20,000 nt of DNA. It comes from Rotaria socialis (Eukaryota). The position numbers were made by a program, and so were the translations under genes. The stretch lies in the NCBI GenBank assembly GCA_905331295.1, contig CAJNYD010000589.1, positions 46,312-66,311 of the forward strand, written 5' to 3'. The notes under the pieces are model-generated. The model ran no database searches and was not told where the DNA came from. It was given only the letters and a program-made list of their open reading frames with translations. Shown in pieces: positions 1 through 10,344 of this stretch (position 1 is the stretch's first letter; every line of letters begins with the position of its first letter).

Positions 1-362
1 GAAGAATAGCCTGCCTTTCGGCTACCTTACGGTGTGGGGTGTTATCCGAGGACAATTTCAAGGGCCCTATTTTTTCCTACATCTATTACTAAATGTAGCT
101 CTGGACAGAAGGCCGGCATGACTCAGAGTTCTTCGCGCTGAATTGCTTAAACTTCCCGTACACACTGACTAACAACATACTAGCTACAAGAGCTATTTAA
201 TGTATGCCATACGTAGTCAGTTTGCTATCGGATTAGTGATCCGAGATAATATAGCCGTTAGTAACTTATTCAAGGCCATTCTATAACTGGATGGAGCCGA
301 GGTTCGATCACATTATCTTGTGGATATGTGTCAAACATCTTAACCATTCAGCCATAGCGGCC
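1..362 (-). mobile_element. tRNA-derived SINE (head ~362-293; body probably runs off the window start)
   Basis: Minus strand reads GGCCGCTATGGCTGAATGGTTAAGATGTTTGAC...GTGATCGAACCTCGGCTCC. Pol III A box TGGCTGAATGG (354-344) and B box GATCGAACC (309-301) have tRNA-like spacing, but there is no clean cloverleaf. The body is GC-richer than the flanks. Its extent is inferred. Confidence 0.65.
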
Positions 363-1440
363 ACATAAAATTAGCATCATCATGCACGTACTATCATGGA
401 AACATCTTCTTCCCAAGTACCAAAGCTATAGAAAAATAGCATCTTCTAAAGGAGGAAAATTTAGAGTACATGAATTGTTAACCTAGATTTACACTCATGT
501 TTATTCTCAGCATGTATAGTCGTGATGAAAATAAGTTGTTCTCTTGCGATTAATTGAGATTAACTTTCATTTTAACAGGATAAGTTCCTATTACTTAGGC
601 AAAAATCTCTCAAGTTTATAAGCCTCCTCAGTCGAGCTTCTGCTTCTGATACTAATCGTCTAAGCCAAATAGATTGCAGTATTTATTAGGACCCATGCAC
701 CAAAAATAGCATTAATTAATAAAGCAATTAATTTCTATGAGTACCAGTGTACAAACCATATTAACCTTAACTTTAACCAAATAATTCTAGATTCGCTTTC
801 AAATCGAAAATTTGCTAAACTTTAATCCACTAGAATTTTAATTTTTGTAAAATTAAATGATTCAAAACTATCCAAAAACAGATATCAAAATACAACATAA
901 CTAATACTACGTACTTATTCGACTCTTTTGAACTGTGACAGTTCCAGTTCTCTATTGAAACTTCATCAAAAATTACTTGGTGTAACTCTGCCGTTCTCTT
1001 TCTAAGTCCCCCTAGTACTACTGAGCTAGTATCGTGTCGTCTCATTTGCGAACATAAAATCGAAAATCAAAATGTTTTAAATTAAATTTAAATCGAAGAT
1101 TTTAAATTTTCGTTTTTTGTATATTAAACACTACTTGAGAACAATTTTAATAAAATTGATATGTTCAGTTTTGCTAGTAACTATCTGGAATTTGTAGAGT
1201 GCGCTAAACTATTGTGTTCGTTTTTTATTAATTCAAATGTAATATATGAGGTTCAGTAGAGAAAAATGCTGCTATCAATATCATGATCTATTTGTCTGAG
1301 GTTCATTATAAAATCTATAGGGTATAGTCAAGATCTATTTACGCTTTTATTCGAATATTTTTTATATCAACCGTATTTGTTTTGCATTTTGACGCTCTTT
1401 GCTCGTTTATTACAACTAAAAATTCGTCAAGATGGAAACA

Positions 1441-1785
1441 ATAGAAATAGAACTAGATAATACTCATCTTAACTTTGACGCAACTTCATTTATTTCTATC
1501 CATTTTTTGCCCTTGCTCGTATTTATCACTAATATTTCATGAGTAAGAATTGAAAACATACGACTCAATATGCATTTCTACTTTGATTTGAAAAATTAGC
1601 ATCTAAGCCAAATTGAAATCTATAACATATGCATTATGCTCGTTAATTGATCCAAAAAGAAAAAGAAAGATAGAAATAAACTATATAATACTCATTTTAA
1701 CTTCGACTCAGCTTCTTTCTACGTATCCCCATTTTGTTTGCTCTTGCTCATCTTTGTACTACTATATATTCACTATTAATGAGAA
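1441..1785. repeat. Degenerate direct repeat, two ~110-bp copies ~229 bp apart
   Basis: ATAGAAATAGAACTAGATAATACTCATCTTAACTTTGACGCAACTTC...CATTTTTTGCCCTTGCTC (1441) vs ATAGAAATAAACTATATAATACTCATTTTAACTTCGACTCAGCTTC...CATTTTGTTTGCTCTTGCTC (1670). Confidence 0.75.
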
Positions 1786-3884
1786 CATTAGATTATTATT
1801 GATCTTCATATCTGCATATTTCTAGAAATCAACTGAAATATGTCTTGATAATAAATATTCGCCATTAACAAGCTATATGTTCTACGTATTCAATCGAATC
1901 TGTTAAAACAATGGACTCTATATTAAAAAAACATTTCATTAAGAAAATGAACTAATTTTCTTTACAAGAACTCTCTCTTCAGAGAAACAATTCCATCTTT
2001 ACTATTTTCACCAATTTTTTAGAACTGAAAAGCCTTTTATTATCAAAAACTTATGTCCTGCACAAATTGCAGTAATTATTCAAACTTTAGATGTTTTCTA
2101 TTCTAAAAGATTAACATCCTCTATAAATCGCAGTAAACTTATAAAATTAACTTCAAATTTCAATCGTTTTGAAACAAATTCGAAATAATAAACTTTAAAA
2201 TAAAACGAAACTTTTAAGTTTGAATTTAGTTAAATTCATTCTCTTTATGTTCGCCAATGAGAAGTAGCCCTTTATTATAACAATGCCTACCCGATCAGCC
2301 ACTAAATTGTGTTTTCTAATAAATATTGGTAGCATACCAAGTAAGCGTACACGTACGACATGTAAATATTCTATGCATAAGTACAGGTGAAATGCAGTAG
2401 CGCCCAAATCATAGAGAAGAGCACTTTTTCTTATGCCTACTCATTTTTCTATCTTTTTTCGAGCCAAAGTTACGCACCAGCGGCTCTCTCTTCAAGCGTT
2501 TAAGTATAAGCGAGAATATGAGTATATGGCTTTGTAGTGCGTAGTAGTCAAGCTTTTAACATATCATTTTTTCTTTAAGCCTCTTTATGAATTGACTTAA
2601 TTCAACCGCAATTCAGATGGTTATTTAATCGTTGAAAGTTTGTATGGCTATACAGTTTTGATTTAATTCTTCAACATTTTTCACATCTATTAGAGTTAGG
2701 GGTGTCACATTTAAATTTAGCTAAATTTAAATTAAATTGTCTCAAATTCAAATTAGTTCAATTTTGAAAACTAGTAGATAACGATAGCTTTTGACTCGAT
2801 TGCTATTATTTAAATTCAAATTTGAGTATGTTTTTTGTTTTCGAAAGTTAAAGGTAGCCATTATTCTACGAATTGTGCTATTAAATATATTTTTATGAGT
2901 ATTACGGTATTTTGAAGAAGAGAGATGGCTGTAAATTGACACCACTAATACAAAGTGAATTATATAGAGGGATCCACATTAGGTATCAGGTGAAATTGAC
3001 AGATAGGCACTTGTGGACGTCGAAAGAAATTTGACAAATGTTTACTCCATTATACATTTTCATTCAACGAGGTTCAAACCTGTTACAGACGGAACCAATT
3101 TGAAAGAATTTTCCATGTCCTTTCGTAATACCTACCACAATTTCGACACGCATTCACCTGACTTCTAGGTGATGCACACAGCAAAAAAATTCTTCAGGGT
3201 ATCACTCAAGTTCTAAAACTTGGACAACGTCCATATTTTTCTCGAAGCAGTTCGAGAGAAAACCACAGTGAGAATCGCTCAGGCATTTGTAACAAAACAA
3301 CAGTCCATTATATATTTCATTTCACCTGCATCTCAAGTGAATCTGTTACAGAAGAAGTATTAAACTGATTTCCTAACTCTTGAAGAAGCCGTTCGTTTGT
3401 ATTTCTCGCCAGATGCATGATGTTTGACATTTATTCATCGAAGAGTAACGATGAAATTGGCATAAATAAATACTCCTCTTTTTATTACATAGCATGGTCC
3501 CTACGTACAGTGGCCGTCGCTGTTAGATATATTTATGAAACAAAGTAAAAAATATAAATCTCTAATCATCTCTATTCTATCGGTTATAATATCTCATCGA
3601 TATTAATAGGTTTCAGTAATTTTATTTCACGAAATAATATGAACTGCCTAACTTTTAATATATCAAAATTATTCACCCACTTCCAAAAACTTCCTATCTT
3701 TCCGTAATCTAAACAAAAGTCTTAAGTAGTTTAGTAGCGTGCTGGGTGTCATTTCATTTTAATATACTCATTTAATCTACTTGTAACAGCACCAAGTAAT
3801 ACGGGTGAAACAGTTCTCAGATCTAAGGGAATGCCTGAAGAGTTCTTTTGATAGGAACTAAACCTGAACTATCATACCCCTACC

Positions 3885-4540
3885 AATCAACTTTGCGAAC
3901 ACAGACAACTCAATCTTATTGCATTCCTCGATGATTCACAACACCAATTCTTCTCTATTGTTTGGATGACATTTTTTCATTCGATCTTGCAATGCACCCC
4001 AAAGATTTTCAATGAGATTGAAGTCCGGAAAAGAAGATGGCCATTTCAAGACTGGAATTCCATTTTTCTTCAACAAATCCTTGACGAGAGATGACGTGTG
4101 GTTGGGAGCATCATCGTTCATGAATATGAAGTTGCTGCCGACTCCCAGCTTGCTCATTGAGGGTACCAGATTCTCTTCTAATATTTGTCGGTAATAAAAA
4201 TGATCCAAGGTAAGATCTAAAACACAGTTTGCCATGATTGCTTTCGTAAAACAACCCCACAGTATCATAGAACCACCCCCATGCTTCACTGTTGGAAATC
4301 GTTCACTTTGGATCGAACTCTTCCTTCAACGTTCTACACACCATCACTTTACCATTTAAACCGAATAAGTTAAATTTCGATTCATCCGCCCAAATTACAG
4401 TATCCTAAAAACCTAACGATTTTGCCAACGTTTCTCTTGCATATTTGATGCGTTTCATGCTCTTAATATTATTAACATGGGGTTTGTTACGAGCAACTCA
4501 ATTGAATAGCTCTATTTCAGGTAATCGACACCGAACAAAA
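3885..4540 (-). pseudogene. Tc1-family (DD34E) transposase pseudogene, truncated
   Basis: Manual translation gives VARNKPHV..KRIKYARE..TVIWADESKFNLFG..(frameshift)PTVKHGGGSMILWGCF..FMNDDAPNH..WPSSFPDFNLIENLW, with 34 residues between the second D and the E. Several in-frame stops and a frameshift near 4295. No TIR pair found. Confidence 0.93.
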
Positions 4541-4599
4541 ATGATCATACATATTGATTCGTGTAGGTCTCATAGCAAGGATTAAAAATCCATTCAGTG

Positions 4600-5330
4600 T
4601 ATTTACATAAAAAAGGTCGTTCTACATTTTATGATATATTGTAAATTTCTCAAGAACAGTATGAGATAGACAGCTGAATTTTTGACTGCTTATGTAACTT
4701 TTAGAACTATATCTTCGGTAAAAATTTGAGCGAAAATAATCAAGCTGTTCAGGAGTTATTCAGATAATAATTTTCAAAAAGTCGTTCTACAAAGTGAGTC
4801 AAACTCGATTTTTTTAAAAATAATCGATATTTTTTACCGAAAAGAAAAATCATTTAGAAAGATTTCTTTCTACTATTTTGTTGCTCTTTCATTTGTCTTT
4901 CTTTTGCCTACCTTTACTCTCCTCCCAGTCCCACATAGACGACGTAAATTGAAACATAAGGTCGTTCTACACAAAGATGGCAGTGTGTGTAATTAATAAT
5001 TTTAGACGAATGAGTGTGAAAAGAAAAAGAAAAACATATATGATACATACCATTTGATAGAGCATTTTAAGCTGTACAAAGCTGACTATTCATTATATTT
5101 CTTTTCTTTTCTTTTATACCCAGCAGATATTCTTTTCTGAGTACATGTCCATATAAAATACGATTTTTTCACAGTATACGCTTAATAACTCAGGGACTGT
5201 AGTAGCTAGAGAGCTGAAATTTTGGGTGACAGTGGAACACTCAAAGACCAGCAACATATCAAAAATTGGTCAAAATTGGCTTAGCAGAGAAAAAGTTATT
5301 AGCGAGAGATACAGCTAAAATTGCAATTGT
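4600..5330. repeat. Unclassified non-coding repeat/TE fragment with three GTCGTTCTACA copies
   Basis: Exact 11-mer GTCGTTCTACA at 4616, 4781 and 4961. No ORF. It abuts the truncated 5' side of the Tc1 remnant. Boundaries are approximate. Confidence 0.4.
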
Positions 5331-5908
5331 ACCAAGAAGTTCCAGTTCACTCATATATACGATTTATAAACAAACAACCAAAGTATTTCGAAGAAAACTT
5401 TTGCAGACTCAGCATATCCGATTGCCAAGAGACTAGACCAGAGATATTTCGATTGTCTGACTCATAACTTTCCTCAATACATATTAGGATTCTGCTAGTG
5501 TGATATATGATAATATCTTAGTATAAAAATCATAAAAAAAATTTTTAGACTAGTCGGTCCTAAAGGACTCTCCGACCAATGGATTACCGATACGTGTTGC
5601 ACCGCTATCCGGCATACACACAATATTTTTTAATATGATCACAAGTAATGACTTGGGGTTTTCGTATTGTTAATCTACGCACATTTCTAAAAACCAAATA
5701 AAGTATGAATCACTGGATATATCTCCCAATTTAATTTTCAAGACATATTTATAGTCTGAATTGGACTTACTCATACGATTATTGTGTAGCGTGTAATATA
5801 AGAATGTTTTTCTCGCGCTACACTGCCTACTCTGTTCTCTTAGAGAAATAAAATAAAATGAGTTTAGTGATTCATGACTGATGCAAGTATACGAAGTTTT
5901 TATTTAAG

Positions 5909-6667
5909 ATGACACACAATACTGCTGCTGGTCCAATTCCGAAATCACTACCGTGTACAGAAGAAATACTATCATATGAATTCCAATACGAAGATGATGT
6001 GTCGGAAGCAGTTGAATGCCCACCTGAAATTCATTTCACAATACCTGAAGGTTTTGAAATAAGGAGAGCTCGTTACGGCATCGGTATTTATACGACCAAG
6101 TTTATCCCTAAAAATGATTATATGTTCACGGCATATTATATTCCTATACATGACAAACAGCTAAAAGTCAAAGAAATCACAGATCGCGGAGACATAATAG
6201 AAATTGATACATCCACACACTTTTTGAATGCTGGTAATGGCACTTATCTACTAGATCCATGTGCAGCGCTAATAAATCACAGTTGTGATGCGAATGCTAA
6301 CAATATAGATGAAATAATTGGTATGAAAGTGACTCGTCGAAGCTCTTATTATGCGGTGCGTGACATACAACCGAATGAAGAGATAACAATAAACTATTTG
6401 TTAGCAGTATATGAAGCTCCACGTAATTATGAGAACGAAGAGATCCACTTTAAACTTTAAGTTCTTCTATTTTTTTCTCTAGCCAACTTGCATCCTATTG
6501 ACCCATGTGAATGTGGCAGCCCAAAATGCTTTGGGAGTATGCGAGGCTTTAAAAATTTGCCAGAAAGCGCAAAACAAGCATTATTACCTTACACTTTGCT
6601 ACATGTTCGTGTCGCCCACTTTATGGACAAACAGAAAAAAGTAGATAAGAAACTTGACCAAAACTAG
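5909..6667 (+). CDS. Stand-alone SET + post-SET domain lysine methyltransferase, 232 aa; exons 5909-6422 and 6483-6667
   Basis: SET motifs YGIGIYT, LINHSCDAN and AVRDIQPNEEITINY. A 60-nt intron at 6423-6482 (GTAATT...TTTTTTCTCTAG, phase 1) splices in frame to PNLHPIDPCECGSPKCFGSMRGFKNLP...DQN*, which supplies the post-SET CxCx4C zinc cluster. Confidence 0.92.
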
Positions 6668-7253
6668 ACTTTTATTTCTTTATTTTCTAACTGAGCACAA
6701 TAAAGTCTACATTTTCCCAACAGATTCAAATAAATACGATAATTATAATCTACTGAAACAAGCCACAATGTCGCTTTACCTAATCCAAGAAATTGAAATG
6801 CTTTCCAGGCGCAAGTATGAGTTTCTGTTGAAGTATATTCAACAAAACATAGAACACCGATGATACATTTGAAATGAGCTTCACCATTATTTCCAACTGC
6901 ATAATTTCGCGCAACGGTTAGTGTTGTAATCGTTGCCACAGACATTTCACTCACAATTGTCTGAGCTGGAAAAAATTCTCAGAACGGGTTTAAATTCGCA
7001 ATCGTAAACCACGACTGTGATCTGTTGACGTTTATTTAAAAAGCGTAAGAAACGAAATATTTTATGCGAAATGGTAATTTTTAAACCGCAAAGCAACGAA
7101 ATTTCTAAAAACTAAATGTTTAAATATAAGAGATGACAAAATTTTAGACTCCCCTTAATGTTTATGCCCTTTCTTTTTTTGATTTCATTCGAAATCAACT
7201 TGCTCACTACCTTTTCACCCTGATAAACTTTACACAATTTTGTTATAAAAGTA

Positions 7254-8400
7254 ATGGGACGTAAAACTATTGATATTGGTATAAAAAGAGGTATTATTCA
7301 GCTACGTGACAGTGGTATGTCTTAACATGTCTCGAAGATTGAATATTGCAACGATTAATTAACTTGATTCCAATTTCACAATTACGTCAATTTTCTTTTT
7401 ACGATTCAATTCTACGCTTGTTTGATTTTAATTTTCCGTTTATATCAATTCATCTTTTCGACTAATTCTGCTTACTTTAATTTGCATTCTCTTTCGAACT
7501 AGAGAACAGTCAGCAGCGAAAGGAAGATAACGTTTCAAGGGGGAAAAGGGCGACTTCCGTACTTCGAAGTACGTGAAGTACGGAAGTCGCGCCTTTTCCC
7601 TTTGTAAGGTTTACATATAAAAAATTAAAAACATGGAAGAAAGAGAAAAGATTAAGTCATATATCGTAATGATGAGGCTATACAATATCGATTCAAAGGA
7701 TGCCCGTCTTCTATTATGGACCCGCTCATTTATGACTGGACGTTCTCTACTACTTCCATTTCTCAAACGATCTTTCCCTGTATTGATGATGTCTTTTTTT
7801 GGCAGAAAAATTTCTCGACATAATGTTCACCAAACTATTCAAAATTTTAATGAATTTCACACGGTTGCTACAAAATCTAGAGCCAAACGTCATTCAAAGC
7901 TAACAGATCGTTAAAAACGAGCAATTAAATTACAACAAGTTCGTGATGATACTCTTTGTTTGAATGATCTTGTCCGGCATGTTCAAACAAGTTTCAATCT
8001 TACTGTCAGTCGTCGAACAGTGAGCCATATCCTTCATGAATTTTACTAGATTTCTGATATTGTACTAAGAAAGGCTCGAATAAATTATAAATAAATATAT
8101 GCTCGTCTTCATTGGTGCGATGAACATTTAACGTGGGGTGAAAAATATTGGTCAAATTTCATGTTTATAGATGAAAGTAATTATGTAATATTAAGTTGAA
8201 AGAATTGGATCTATATAACTCGATTTCGAAATGATTTAAAGCGATTTGAACGATCTGACCAGCGGGTAAATAGAGGTGTTGGTGTTGGTATTTGGTCTTC
8301 TCTAATATGTCAAGGCCTTGGACCACCTGTTTTGTTAAGATGGTTCCTTAAATTAAGATAAATATATGGGTCTATTCTAGAAGCATTTAGCAACAGCGTT
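7254..8400 (+). pseudogene. Second Tc1-like transposase pseudogene, split by a ~460-bp insertion (~7347-7809)
   Basis: N-terminus MGRKTIDIGIKRGIIQLRDSGMS*H..SRRLNI (7254-7349) resumes at ~7810 as ISRHNVHQTIQNF..KLTDR*KRAI..VSRRTVSHIL..LRKARI..RLHWCDEHLTWGEKYWSNFMFIDES..VGIWS..GLGP. This covers the HTH region and first catalytic D. Multiple stops; C-terminus not recognisable. Confidence 0.88.
7536..7604. mobile_element. 69-bp palindromic mini-transposon (TIR-only MITE) with 8-bp TSD
   Basis: CAAGGGGGAAAAGGGCGACTTCCGTACTTC-gaagtacgt-GAAGTACGGAAGTCGCGCCTTTTCCCTTTG, flanked by TAACGTTT (7528-7535) and TAAGGTTT (7605-7612), 7/8 identical. Confidence 0.8.
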
Positions 8401-10344
8401 TGAAAATTTTCCACGAGAGAAGCAGACATGCACAGATAAAGACAAAGATAGAGGAACCAATGATTACTGGAGAGTGAAACCAATCTTGGAAAATTTTATA
8501 TGATAACTAAAATAAAGTACCATGTGATGAGTATAATACTAATATCTTACAGATAAGAAAGATTATTTAAGTATACATGACTTGAATGCTGATTGAATAA
8601 AACATTTTAAAACTAATGAACTATTATATTTCTTTTTTGAAGTCTCCAATAGACATAAATGCTGTTTTATCGCTTTCATTCGACCGCTACCGATGAGCTT
8701 TTCCATGTACGCACATAATTTAAGATGCATCAGAGACTAAAACATAGGGGTATCTAGAAAAATGCGCCTAAACTAGGAAGAAATCGATCAGCGAAAGTGT
8801 TTAAATTGAGGGTTCTGCATAAATGTAAGAGTGAAAGTCGTTTGATGAGCTTATTCGCGTTTCAATTACTATAATTCACTTCGATCTATTGTTAATCTCT
8901 TAATCGATTGCTGAGTTTAGTCAGCTCCTATGTACAATAATCGGTTATAATTCATTTATTTTCTAAAGGATTACGATATTTCTGTCGATTGTCGTTCGAT
9001 CTTTTTTCAAAGCTGGCAATTACTTTTAGAAAAATCAGATTTGTTAGTCATAATAAAGAATAATAGAAATTTATTTAGAAATTTTTCATTTGGTTTGCAA
9101 GACGAATTGTAATTATATAAGCGAGAGCGAATATCGCAAACAAAGCATAATCAAAAGTCTTGTATTTATCAAGGGTTTTAATCTTTCATGCTTAAATATT
9201 TTAATTTGGCATGCATATATTTTGAACTTCTTTTCATCGCATAACGTATCAAAATCGGTTATTACTTGCGGTCAAAATTCAATACAACAGTTCAGATGCA
9301 CTTGCAAACGATTTCACATAAATAAGAGAACCTATTTTTGAAAGTCCCAGATCAAGTAAATTTGGCCTGGCGGCTTTATACGCTAACGACAAATTCAGGT
9401 GAACCCTGCTTGAATAATTCTTCAGCTATTCGTTTATTTTTTGTGCTTGACATAGTATACTACAAGGTTTTATGAAAATTGTTTGATGAAGGATGGATAA
9501 GAACATATGTGGATTTCCAGAAAACAAAAAACCAATTAAGGTGGGATTTTCTGTGCTTCAGCAATTAATTTAGTTCTTCAGATGCCATACACTTAAAATC
9601 AAAATCTCAACTGTTTTTATCCGATGAATTGTACAGTTTAGGAAAAACTAACTTTTTGGATGGCTTCAACCGTTTATGTTGCTAGTTTCAACATTGACAG
9701 AAGGTAAATATTTTGAGTACAAATCATTGCTCATTTTAACTTATTACTACCCGGACTAAATCTGTCTAGGCGTTAATTACTCGTACAGTGTGGATAAGAA
9801 AAAAGACTCCTTGTCGAAAAGTCGCCTGTTCACTTCGATTTTTGCCGTACATAAATTTCAGTTTGTTCGAATAATGTGTCTAAGTTTCAAGTGCGGTTAA
9901 ATATACTATATTATTTTTAATTACTCGTATAGAGTAAACTAAACAATGAGTGATGGTTCAAGGTGAAAATCTGAAAAAATGAATAGCTTTCCAAAACATT
10001 TTACGAGTAGACAACGTTTTTTTTTGGAGCAATGGAAAACTTCTTTGCATAGCTCTGGCCTGGAAATCTTAATTATTGTCGTAATGTTAACCATATAAGT
10101 TATACTAAAATGACTAAAAACGCAGAGTCGATAAAAATCACGTTTAAAGTAATTTAATTCTAGAATACAACAACTGATTACCCATATGTATTGATCTCCG
10201 ATGTCATAAGTTCCTATTTGTTTTTCGAAAAAACTATTGTGAATCAATAATAGATAATCGAAGATTTTTCATACTTTTTCTGTAGGAAAGTTCAATATAA
10301 AGTCATACTATAGATACTCCGCATATTATCGAGCGTCAGTCATT

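Noticed and set aside
830..2945. Four short ORFs (65-71 aa)
   Set aside because: AT-biased composition, mostly non-ATG starts, no motifs or splice support; likely chance ORFs.
2950..3460. Slightly GC-richer stretch that may be a decayed coding or transposase fragment
   Set aside because: No frame I translated gave a convincing motif; it needs a TBLASTX search.
4012..4194. Plus-strand 60-aa ORF
   Set aside because: Antisense to the Tc1 transposase remnant.
6654..6954. Overlapping 69- and 96-aa ORFs after the SET gene
   Set aside because: Non-ATG starts and no recognisable domain.
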